Part shown: in pieces, positions 26,225-36,899 of the stretch | How positions within the stretch are numbered: the first letter of the stretch is position 1 | Layout of the letters: each line of letters begins with the position of its first letter | Program-made: the position numbers and the translations under genes | Notes under the pieces: model-generated | What the model was told of the DNA's origin: nothing | What the model saw: only the letters and a program-made list of their open reading frames with translations | Databases searched by the model: none | From: Azolla caroliniana | Lineage: Eukaryota > Plantae > Polypodiophyta | DNA length: 64,000 nt | Assembly: GCA_043228905.1 (NCBI GenBank) | Contig: JBHGNT010000008.1 | Coordinates: 6,014,001-6,078,000, forward strand | Direction of reading: 5' to 3'

Positions 26225-26920
26225 GCCGACAACTTACCAACTTTGCATCAAATTCCGACTATGACGATTGTGGCGGAATGTTCGTGAAGCGGCATAGATC
26301 AAATTCTATGAAAGCCTCCAACCCGACCAATACGTCCAACACAGAAGATGTATGGTTTGTCAACTTGGGCACCTCAAACCATATGACATCTCATCAAGAA
26401 TGGTTTCGAGACCTGAGAGAGCTTGAATGATCAGGCTATGTGGAAACATGGGATGACACAACTCACCCCATTCAGTATTTCGACAATGTCCCATTCGGCG
26501 AAGAGGGAAATTAGACCTACATCAAGAATGTTTTGCATGTTCCCACAATAACGAAGAATCTGGTCTTGGTCGGCCATATGGGCGTCATTTTCGAAGAGTC
26601 GGCAGCTTGGTATGAACCAAAGAAGACTCCAACCCCAAGCCCAGTTGACCCGAATTCAGCTGACCATGAAATAGAAGATGATGGTCGACCATGGCATACA
26701 ACAAAAAATAGCTCGACTACGACTAGGCTCAATGGGCCACAAGAGCCTCCGAGTGGACCAAAGCACATCTCGACCGAGTCCGAAAATGGATAAAGGGAAG
26801 GCCAAAATGCCGAAGAACGAAGATCTGGACGACAACGAATGGACTCACTCACTCGATAGTGAGTTCGATGGCCTTGATAATCCTATCATGAGGACATGTG
26901 AAGCCAAGAAAGCACTCACA
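26225..26920 (+). mobile_element. Ty1/copia internal fragment (protease and post-integrase linker, internally deleted)
   Basis: EDVWFVNLGTSNHMTSHQEWFRDL; VLHVPTITKNLVLVG fused to VIFEESAAWYEP; MDKGKAKMP. Possibly the continuation of element A. Confidence 0.8.
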
Positions 26921-26939
26921 ACAGTAGTAATCGCTTTTG

Positions 26940-28256
26940 AATTGGATTATCAATTCATTGTTGAGTTATTATGTTTTTATGGGTTACCAATGGATATTGT
27001 GAGTGATTGAGATTCAAAGTTTACTGACAACTTTTGGATGCAAGTCTTTAAGGAGTTAGAAACTACCTTGAGCATGGGCTCCATGGATCATCCTCTATAA
27101 GATGGACAAACAGAACTTGTAAATCATGCCTTGAGGACATGTTTCAATCATGCCTTGCAGCGAAACCAACAAAATGGGAACATTATCTCCCAAATGTATC
27201 TAAGTTTGCTTATAATAGCTCTAAGAATACATTGATAGGATATAATCCTTTTATGTTGATGTATGGATTTTAGCCATGAGCCTCGATTGACATTAATATA
27301 CATCATGATGAGTTGAGAAGTACACAAAACTTTCTAAGGGATATGCAATATATGTTGCATATTGCACGAGGTAATATAAAAACAACTCAAGATAGAGCGC
27401 GTTTTTAATAAGCAACCTCGTGTATCAACCTTGGATAGAAGGTATTTCTACCCATGCCTCGAGATTCTAAGACATTGTCTATGAGTAAGTGCGCTAAATT
27501 AGCCCCACAGTTTTGTGGACCTTTCATAGTCCTCAAATGCATTGGTTCATCAACCTATCTTCTTACTCTCCCTGATGGTATTGGGATCCATCCAATTTTT
27601 CATGTAAGTCATGTAAAAGAACTTATTGGTTCTAATGATAATGCATTTACAATTGAAACTCTAGTTACTTTTGAAGATTTAGGTTCTAAACCACATGTAC
27701 CATAGAATTTTTTTATGTCAAAATAAAAAATTTACATTCTAAAACAATATGAGAGTTTAAAATTAAATTGATGGATAAGTTTATAAAAAATTCTACATGG
27801 GAACGAGAAAACGCCGTTAAAACTAACTTCCTTAACTTTTCATTGCAATAGTGCAATGTTTTAAAGAGGGGGAACATGTTATGGGCATAACATTAATTTA
27901 TCCCATGGTAGTTTATACCTTAGTATTTTACACACAAGGATAAAAGTGTGATTGTTAATCGAGAGTGTAATTAAAGGAGGATTACTTTTAATCCTAGGGA
28001 TTGAGACAACCTATAAGGGCCATGTGTGAATTTACTTAGGGGCCTTAGGTTTGGCTATCTATATAAGGGTTAGCTATCCTCATTAGACACATAATCTGAA
28101 TATGTCGATACTATGATCTTGTGCTGAACAAACTCTTGTGGTGAGCACGCATTAGTACCAAGTACGACTCAATGCCATGGCAGTGGTATGGGATGTCTTC
28201 AAGGCTCGGGTCTATGTTGATCCCTTTGCTTAGGGGTTGCTTGGGTGGATTGACAC

Positions 28257-28311
<55 letters not shown>

Positions 28312-28389
28312 CTTTACTATCTGTCATCTATTTTCTTTTTATAGGCTTACATTAGAAATAATCTCCCGTTGGAGAGTCAAGCATGTCAC
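26940..28389 (+). mobile_element. Ty3/gypsy 3' remnant (integrase, chromodomain-like tail, PPT, LTR)
   Basis: GLPMDIVSD*DSKFT..FW, DGQTELVN, KLAPQFCGPF...HPIFHVS, NSTWERE; PPT AAAGAGGGGG at about 27863-27872; LTR from TGTTATGGG 27877 to about CATGTCACA 28389 (end approximate). Confidence 0.8.
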
Positions 28390-28874
28390 ATTTACACTTG
28401 ACAACTAGCTAAATTCACAATCTACTTCTTCTTTGAAACTAGATAGTTCGCACGAATTACAATAAAGTGTGTTCAGACATCATGATTTTCTCCATAAGCA
28501 TGTGTTCACACAAGTTGATCTTGATTCTCAACCATAAGTATTCGGCTATAATATTAATCTTAAACAAATCCTAATCGAGGTTAAGAATTGTAACTAACCT
28601 TAATGAAGTATGAGTACTTAACACTATTAAGGAAAATTATTGGGGAAATCAAGACACCACAATAGACATTACATTTAAGGAATGGTTCATGAAAACAACC
28701 AAGCTACATTTGTTGAGAACGAAAAAAGGAGTTCAATGTGGGTGGAAGTGACAAAGAGCTATTCACAATCTCAACATAGAAGTTGGGAAGTCTTACAAGA
28801 CTTAGCCTCAAAATACTCCAAATTACCAAATGCAATGAAATAAGAAAAATGTGATTCAGTAACTTTGAGGATTC

Positions 28875-29059
28875 ATGCGCAAGCATGTAAGATTGATTAT
28901 CTGCTTTAGACTTGTTGGACATCCATTAGGATAATGATGTTGGTACATTGAAACCCACGAAGAGGACTCATGCACAAGCATGTAAGATTGATTATTTGCT
29001 ATGGATTCTTTGGATGTCAATTAGGATACTGATGTTGGTACATTGAAACCCACGAAGAG
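28875..29059. repeat. ~96-bp direct repeat x2
   Basis: ATGC-CAAGCATGTAAGATTGATTAT...GATGTTGGTACATTGAAACCCACGAAGAG occurs twice. Confidence 0.85.
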
Positions 29060-29160
29060 TTCGGAGAGTATGGCAAACGACAATTGTTACACTTAATGTG
29101 TATCCTATGAAAGCTTTGGTGTGAACATAGTTATACTATTGTGAACCTAGTTACGTAACT

Positions 29161-29520
29161 TGTAAATAAACAAGAGTGATTATGTGCAGTAGAAGTGATA
29201 TGTGTGTGTGTGAGGAGAGAAATAGAGGGAGCTCGACGTATATAGAAAACTCAAGTAAAAACTATATTAATAAGGAGCAGAATACAAGAATAGCCAACAA
29301 CAGTTACAAGGGAGGTGAGAGAGCACTTATATAGTCGCCATCCCACTATTCTCTTTCTACAACCACCACTTAACTAAAGAGAGGTGGAGTCTTAACTACA
29401 CTAAAAATGTGTCATAGAACTATAAGATTCTATGACACACTAGTTACTATAGTAGGTGGTGGGGTGGTCACACACTAGGGTGTGTTCCCACACTAGGGAA
29501 GTTGAGTTTGATTCTCAACA
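29161..29520 (-). mobile_element. Solo LTR of the copia A family
   Basis: Reverse complement begins TGTTGAGAATCAAACTCAACTTCCCTAGTGTG, as does the LTR at 15721; TG...CA ends; exact 5-bp TSD TAACT (29156-29160 and 29521-29525). Confidence 0.93.
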
Positions 29521-30115
29521 TAACTGTTAGGTGTGAATATAATTAGAATAGTGCGAACCTAATGACGAGACCTTGGATTTGTACCTAAATGTAGATATTG
29601 GTTATGTAAACCATTCTACATCTTTGTAATCAGTACTTGTTTTTTCTAATTTACTGATATTTCCTTAACTCTTCTAAGCGATCTTGTTGTGTGAGAGTTA
29701 GTCTAAGATCTCTCCATTTTCTACAGCAATCAACTATATTGAGAATATTGTAAACAACAATTAGCACTTTGAGGATTCCAAGGAACAATTTGTTCTCGTC
29801 AATAAATGAGGCATGGAAGTCTCGAGAAGAGCCCATTCCATTAAGGAGGGAAATAAATCACAATAGAAGTATGAAGAATGTGATCGGACAAGAGGGAATC
29901 GGTCCATGAGAGACCTTCAACATAAGAAGTAGTGTGCATTGTCTTCCCACTACCTAAGCTCAAGCTCAAGATGAAGATAAGAATGAATCTATAGTTCACC
30001 TTTCGAACCATGACTTGTTGACCACCCAATGGTGATAAAGATAATAGACAAAGTCACCTTATCCAATTCCTTCACATTAATCTCTATTTTGTATCTAGAT
30101 AATGTTGTTATATCT

Positions 30116-31428
30116 CCTTTTTTCCTTGGAAAAATATCCTTTCATTAGTTACGAACAATTATTACAATAAAAACTGACCTACCATCAAGCTACCATTGAT
30201 CTGGTGCATTCTTCCTTAGGTCCCATCCCTCAAGGATAAATAATATGAACACTCCACCACTCCTTAACCGAGTTATGTGACTGGTGGTGCTAAGCACCAT
30301 TTAGGTCTTGAATTTTGTACTGTGAGAAAAGGAGCCTTCTTCCAACAGGCAATAAATTCGAGATGTTGAAACACTGCAGCATCTGTCTCACCTTTAATAT
30401 CCTCATACCGCCCTTTCAAGGTATGTACCATCTCCATCCAGACATTTCGTACACTTTCCACTGGATGAGCAATAGTATTACCAAACACCTTAGAACACCT
30501 AGCAGTCCAAATAAACCACATTGTGGTGGTCCATAGTAGCTCCCATACTTCTTGCATTGTCTTTAACATGTAAGGAGCCTCCATTTGACTTCGTTGCACC
30601 ACCATTATCATCCCTCTTTGAATTCTAATAATCGTGTCATTTGGGCATGCCTCATATGCCCACATCACTTGTGCCACTGTAGCCCATACTACCATACCCC
30701 ACGAAAAACTACAATCCCTAAACATACAGGCAAGAACTCGGAACACTCGTCTCCAAACTTGCTGTGCAACATGACATTCCCACAAGCAATGTTTCAATGT
30801 CTCCATTTGACAACTACAATAGATGCATGCAGTCGATGCAACTGATTGTTGCAACCATTGGTCAACTGGTAATGCTCTATGTATTACTAGCCATTGGAAG
30901 ACATTTATTTTCATATCTTGCTTCCTTTTCCATAATGTTCTCCAAAACTTTGTTAGGAATTCGGATGTGATCCCTTGGTGGGTCCAAAATTGACTAGCTT
31001 GTGATGTAGTCCTACATTGAGTTGCCAAAATGTGTCGTCCAATCTTAACTGAGTACTGAAAAAAACCACACCTTTTTTCCGCACGATCAAACGGATCTTT
31101 CCACCAAAATTCTCCTGGATCCCATTGCAACCTTATCAAAGGTTTCTTTTCAAAAACTCTCAGTTTCCAATGCTCCTTGACTGCCTCAACTTGTGGGTCG
31201 ATGATCCACTTAGATCCGTCATAAGCAAGGACCCTTATTTTAGAAAATGTAGCATATTGCAAGATCTTTGTTTGTATTGTTGCTCTGCATATACTGCCAT
31301 CTTCCTCCACATCATAGTCTTGACATTGTCGAGACAAATGCTTGAAGCCTCGTAAATGCTCCTTCCCACTTGGGAGGATTAAAGGACCATACCGTAGTGG
31401 ATGAGTGCCCCAAAACCTTATGCTTAAT
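30116..31428 (-). mobile_element. 5'-truncated L1-like LINE (ORF2 C-terminus, zf-RVT)
   Basis: ORF 30273-31337 with FWRTLW...KINVFQWLVIHRALPV...CIYCSCQMETLKHCLWEC...WFIWTARC; flanked by the 17-bp direct repeat ATAATGTTGTTATATCT (30099-30115, 31429-31445). Confidence 0.85.
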
Positions 31429-31699
31429 ATAATGTTGTTATATCTTATGCTTAATATAATGTTGATGATTAGTCGATGGTTTCATAATGTCTTGTGGTTT
31501 ACTCAATTAAGGTTGTTTGGATTATCAATTTGATGAAATGTAGCATACCAATGGTAGCTTGACAGTAGGTTAACATGCTTGTAATAACTGTTTATAACTA
31601 ATGGAAGGATATTTTCTAGGAAGATTATCAATCCGATGATGAGAACTATCATAAACATCGATGCATTTGGAGGGGTTTGAGAATGGACATACAGGCATG

Positions 31700-31755
31700 C
31701 ATGCATATATACATACATACATACATATAATACTTACATGCATACATACATGCAT

Positions 31756-31800
<45 letters not shown>

Positions 31801-31861
31801 ATACTTACATGCATACATACACACACACACACACACATACGTACATACATACATACATACA

Positions 31862-31892
<31 letters not shown>

Positions 31893-31930
31893 CATACATA
31901 CATACATACATACATACATACATACATACA

Positions 31931-31962
<32 letters not shown>

Positions 31963-31973
31963 ATACTTACATG

Positions 31974-32009
<36 letters not shown>

Positions 32010-32013
32010 TACA

Positions 32014-32045
<32 letters not shown>

Positions 32046-32068
32046 ATACTTACATACATATAATACTT

Positions 32069-32115
<47 letters not shown>

Positions 32116-32185
32116 TACATACACACACATACACACATACACACATACACACACACATACAATGATACATACATACATACATTCA
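31700..32185. repeat. Compound (TACA)n/(CA)n microsatellite with higher-order unit
   Basis: TACA and CA tracts punctuated five times by TATAATACTTACAT. Confidence 0.95.
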
Positions 32186-32486
32186 TTCACTCAATACATG
32201 CATAGATTGCATACATGTGTTGTTGGTTCTCCACCATTCGAGTTCCAAGGCCCAAAGGAAATCAGGAAACAGTAGAAGAACAGCATTGCATACGCAGGTA
32301 ATCCTTGCTTATACTATTCTTTTCTATGTTTTCTTCGTAAGACTTTGAGAGTTCATGAAAGGGTATTGTTTTAGGCTGCAACAACATTCTGTTGTCTTAG
32401 CAAGTCCTTTAAAGCATGGTTCTGCCTAAGCCTTCTCATTGTGCAAACACAGTCAACTGTGTAAAGCCATAGACCCCATCCACACT

Positions 32487-35039
32487 ATGTATGCACATGG
32501 AATTCAGCCAAATATAGCAAATTTCTCGTATGTTTTGCGAAGATGCATCATCACAAAGTCACTACTTGATGGGCAAAACACCCATTTCCTTATCATTTTA
32601 GCCGGTCTTGAGCATAACGATGAGCTATTTGGAAATCTCCTCATTACCATGTATGCTAAATGTGGCTTACTTTATGATGCTTGTAAAATGCTTGATTTGA
32701 TGCCGAAAAAGGACTCAAAATCATGGAATTTGATCATTTCCGCATATGGTTTTGTTGGTAATAGTAAGAAGGCATGTTCAGTTTTGAACCATATGTCTTC
32801 ACATGGAATAATGCCCGATATTGGAACGGTCGTAAATGCTCTCAATGCATGCTCAAGTGAATCTTGCCTAGAAGATGGGAAAGTTTTGCATTTCTATGTA
32901 GTTAGTAATCATCTGGACAATGAGATTATCATAAGAAATGCTCTCATTACAATGTATGGAAGGTGTGGAAGCTTGGATTTTGCATGCAAAGTTTTTGAGG
33001 GTTCTGGAGAGAAAGATGTTGTCACATGGACAGCGATTATTACCGGGCTTGTGAAACAAGGTCATGCCAAAGAAGCCCTTTATTACTTTGATGAAATGAT
33101 TATAGAAGGTAAATTGAAACCAGATAGAGTTACTTTCATTAGCATGATTGATGGTTGTGCAAGTTTAGCAAACTTAGAGTTGGGTCAAATTATACATGCT
33201 CAAGTTATCGAAGCTGGAATAGTTGGGGATATCTTCATAGAAACTTCTCTCTTAAACATGTATGGAAAATCTGGATGTTTGTACTCTTCAGAATTTGTCT
33301 TTAACAAAATGCGGGAGCGAAATATAGTTGCTTGGAATGCGATGCTCACAATCTATGCTAAGTACAAACTTTCTGATGAGGCCCTAAACATTTTCTGCCT
33401 ATTACATAAGATTGGCATGAAGCTTAACAAAGTGACCTTTGTTAATGTTCTCAATGCTTGCACAAGCCCAGCCAATCTAGTTGAAGGTAAGAAGATCCAT
33501 CATCTCATGGTTGAAGATGGTATCAAAATCAAGTCAGATGTTATAGTTGGCACTGTATTGCTGACCATGTATAGTGAATGTGGGAGCTTAGATGATGCAC
33601 AACGAATATTTGATCGTTTAATTCAGAAAAATGTGGTCTCTTGGACTTCCTTGCTTTCGGCATATGTCATGCATGGCTATATAAGTGAAGCCTTTTCACT
33701 CTTTTTCCAAATGCAAGAGGAGGGTTTGGGTCCCAACCAGGTAACTTTTTCTGTGCTATTTGATGCATGCGCAGATCAGAAAGTTGTTATCATAGGAGAA
33801 GTTTTATGCGCAATGGTACTCGAGAGCAAAATTAAGTTGGATGATTTTTTGAGTACGTCTCTTCTTATAATGTATGGAAAATGTGGGAAGTTGGAAGATG
33901 CAAGAAGGGTATTTGATTCAATACAGTCAAAAAATGTTGTGTCATATACTGCCATGGTTACCGCATATACACAGTTCAATCATCCAAAAGAAGCTCTTAG
34001 AGTTTTTGTTAAAATGTATGAAGATGGTGTGAATTCTGACGATTTTACCTTTACTACCATTCTTGATGCACTAACAAGCCTATCAGCCCTAATGGATGGA
34101 AAATTGATTCACAATTTGATCATTCAGGGGTGCTTGGATTCAAAATCTTCCTCAGATATAGCTATCGTTAACATGTATGGAAAATGTGGGGCATTGGATG
34201 ATGCACACAATATTTTTAATAAAATATTCACTCAGTCCACTATTTCTTTCAATGCACTAATAACAGCCTATGCTCAACATGAGCAGGGTGAAGAAGCTTT
34301 TGCATTATACCAAAGATTGCAGTATGAAGGATTTAATCCTGATCACATCACTTTCATAAGCACTGTGGATGCCTGTGCTGGATTAGTAGAACTTGTCCAA
34401 GTTAAGGCTCTTCACATACACCTTCTAGAAAGTGGAATTGTGCAAGATATAGTCCTAGAGACTGCATTACTAAACCTGTATAGCAAATGTGGAGATTTTA
34501 ATGGCGCCAATAAGATTTTTGAAGGTATGCCTGTCAGGGATGTGGCATCATGGAATGCAGTGATTGCATCTTATTCTCAACATGGTCATGGTAAAGAAGT
34601 TGCAAAACTTTTCAAAAGAATGGAGGATGATGGTTTAAAACCTGATGAGATTACTTTTGTTAATGTCCTCTCGGCATGTAGTCATGCAGGTATGATCAAT
34701 GAAGCACGTGAATACTTTGATTCCATGTCGCAAACCTATGGAATTGTACCAACTGTGGAGCATTATGCTTGTATGGCCGATGTCTTTGGCCGGGCAGGGT
34801 TACTAATTGAGGCAGAAAACTTCTTGAGAAAAATGCCTAAACATCCTAGTCCTGTTGCATGGTTGGCCTTGTTAAGTTCTTGTAAATCTCGTGGTGATGT
34901 GGAGAGGGCAAGATATTCAGCTGGACGGATTTTTGAAATAGATCCCAAGCATACCGGTGCTCGAATGATGTTATCCAACATCTTTAGTTTAGCTGGGATG
35001 TGGGATGAGGCAGCCAATGTCATTGAAGAAATTGTATGA
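32487..35039 (+). CDS. PLS-class pentatricopeptide repeat protein with E domain (organellar RNA-editing factor type)
   Basis: Intronless ORF (open from 32430, first ATG at 32487) of P-L-S triplets (NALITMYGRCGSL; DVVTWTAII; PDRVTFISMI), ending LSACSHAG...PTVEHYACMADVFGRAG...WLALLSSC...LSNIFSLAGMWDEA. No DYW domain. True start uncertain. Confidence 0.92.
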   Translation: MYAHGIQPNIANFSYVLRRCIITKSLLDGQNTHFLIILAGLEHNDELFGNLLITMYAKCGLLYDACKMLDLMPKKDSKSWNLIISAYGFVGNSKKACSVLNHMSSHGIMPDIGTVVNALNACSSESCLEDGKVLHFYVVSNHLDNEIIIRNALITMYGRCGSLDFACKVFEGSGEKDVVTWTAIITGLVKQGHAKEALYYFDEMIIEGKLKPDRVTFISMIDGCASLANLELGQIIHAQVIEAGIVGDIFIETSLLNMYGKSGCLYSSEFVFNKMRERNIVAWNAMLTIYAKYKLSDEALNIFCLLHKIGMKLNKVTFVNVLNACTSPANLVEGKKIHHLMVEDGIKIKSDVIVGTVLLTMYSECGSLDDAQRIFDRLIQKNVVSWTSLLSAYVMHGYISEAFSLFFQMQEEGLGPNQVTFSVLFDACADQKVVIIGEVLCAMVLESKIKLDDFLSTSLLIMYGKCGKLEDARRVFDSIQSKNVVSYTAMVTAYTQFNHPKEALRVFVKMYEDGVNSDDFTFTTILDALTSLSALMDGKLIHNLIIQGCLDSKSSSDIAIVNMYGKCGALDDAHNIFNKIFTQSTISFNALITAYAQHEQGEEAFALYQRLQYEGFNPDHITFISTVDACAGLVELVQVKALHIHLLESGIVQDIVLETALLNLYSKCGDFNGANKIFEGMPVRDVASWNAVIASYSQHGHGKEVAKLFKRMEDDGLKPDEITFVNVLSACSHAGMINEAREYFDSMSQTYGIVPTVEHYACMADVFGRAGLLIEAENFLRKMPKHPSPVAWLALLSSCKSRGDVERARYSAGRIFEIDPKHTGARMMLSNIFSLAGMWDEAANVIEEIV

Positions 35040-35994
35040 TGGAGAAATTCCAGTGCCTTCGTGCTACAAATTTGTTGGGGACAACTTGAAGAAATGACCG
35101 TTGGAAACATAGTTGTTGGGACATGCTTGTAACGCAAGGAAGTTTCAAGTTTGTTGAGAAAAGCCAATGCTCGTAAAGGTGTCAATACAAGTAATATAGA
35201 AATGGGAGACTCTCAAATGAAGCAAGTTGCACCGTGAAATTGAATGAATAGGTGCAGAGTTATGCTTAGTGCATGTAAAAGGGTGAGAATTAACAAGAGA
35301 ACAGATGTAGAGATATACCACATAACCACAATCTCAGGAGCTATATGTCCAATTGCATCAGCTATGAACGAGTACCAATTATAACATTCAAGTTCAACAG
35401 GAAGATACAAACATGCTGGCCCACCTTCGAACCATCATTTTACTGCTTGGTCATGCATTAAAGTCTTGTATATAATTTGGTGAGAGAGATTTGTGTAGTT
35501 AGATGTTGAAAGTGGGAGTACATATTTCATTATTTTCTATTCATGTAAACATAGAAAGGGGATGGTTTTTTGTTGTGTGATTTGGGTTCTGTATTTTACA
35601 TGGATGATTTCTAACAAACATATTTTTTTATTTCCTTGTTCAAGCTTACAAGACAATTGCATCTGCCACCGACACACGCTTGTTGTCACCTGAAGTCAGT
35701 CACAGTCCCCTGTTGTTGCTGCAAAGGTATGTTATCTGCCCCTGAATGAGGGAATGCAGAGAAATGAAATCATTTAATAGTGTTCCAAAAAAGGCCAAAG
35801 TGACAACGAGACCAAAAGATACATCCACGCAAATCTTATAGAATGTCTGATAAAATGAAGCAAAATTAAATCTTATAGCTGCCCTAAGTAAGCTGGATGC
35901 AATCAAAGTACAATGATATATAGACCATTGGTTATAAATTTAATTGGGATTATTATGGGTAAGAGATTGTTTGCAGGAAGGGAAGCACAGCCTA

Positions 35995-36355
35995 ATGGAT
36001 CCCAGCCAACTTGCAGTTCCCGTGGCTGCAATCATTGCGGCTGCGGCTGTCACTTTCTATACAGTCAGCTTCCTTCAGATGAGTGAGGTGAGTCATATTA
36101 AAGCTCTTTTTGTTTTTGTAAATATATTGATGGTATATTTTTCTTTATTGGTAAATCAATTGGTTTCGGATGTTCAACACTGAACATGGGATGTTATTTA
36201 TGTTGTTGTTTTTTGTATGTTTATAGAAATCGTTTGAGAATCTTGCAAACAAAGATTTCGATAAGCCAACGTTGCGGTCGTCTCTGTCTGCGAAAGACAA
36301 ACGCAGACTAAAGAAAGCGAGGAAGGAGCAGAAGAAGAGTCCAACAAAAGACTAA
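35995..36355 (+). CDS. Small single-pass membrane protein (73 aa), uncharacterised
   Basis: Exons 35995-36087 and 36227-36355 (GT-AG, phase 0): MDPSQLAVPVAAIIAAAAVTFYTVSFLQMSEKSFENL...KDKRRLKKARKEQKKSPTKD*. Acceptor at 35976 and a probable UTR exon at about 35645-35726. Confidence 0.75.
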
Positions 36356-36899
36356 TGTGCCGAAAGCTCTCCAACTCTCTACAAGCTTTTCATGGAGTGT
36401 AGGCGTGTTTGAATACCTTTGGGGGTGAGAAGTGAACAAAACCAGCAAATAAGTGGTCGTGAACAACGTTAGGATTTGACAAGCAACCTACAATTTCATG
36501 GGATGTGTATCTGTAAAACATGCCAATCTTTAATGTAATGACAAATTTCTAGCTTGGCAGTCCTTTGACATCCTTATTATTTTTACTAATTGTCACAAGC
36601 ACAAATATAAGACATTTTTCATAATCCAGTTAATATTATATAACATGCAATCCAATATTTTTCATAGCTTGCTATAATAAAAACAAAATACAACATTTTC
36701 ATAGAAACTCACCTAATAGTGTTAATTACATAAACTCATACAATATTATGGAACAATGTATGTCTACACAAATCTCATGACACATTCATTGATAAACATT
36801 ACAATGTTGTTGGTAATACAAAATTTCATCCATGTTTGAGATTAAAACCATTCTTTCCATATTAACTTGTTCAAATTTGGTCTCATTTAGTGTATTGAT

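Noticed and set aside
31570-32182. MYVC/HTYI-rich ORFs (also at 13360-13839, 15876-16225, 43849-44227)
   Set aside because: Translations of microsatellites.
35040-35200. Frameshifted E+/DYW extension of the PPR
   Set aside because: No PG box, HxE, CxxC or DYW motif recognised downstream.
32215-36087. A continuous reading frame from exon 32215-32297 through 35645-35726 into the small TM protein
   Set aside because: Phases fit but TGA at 35691 is in frame, so that exon is treated as UTR.
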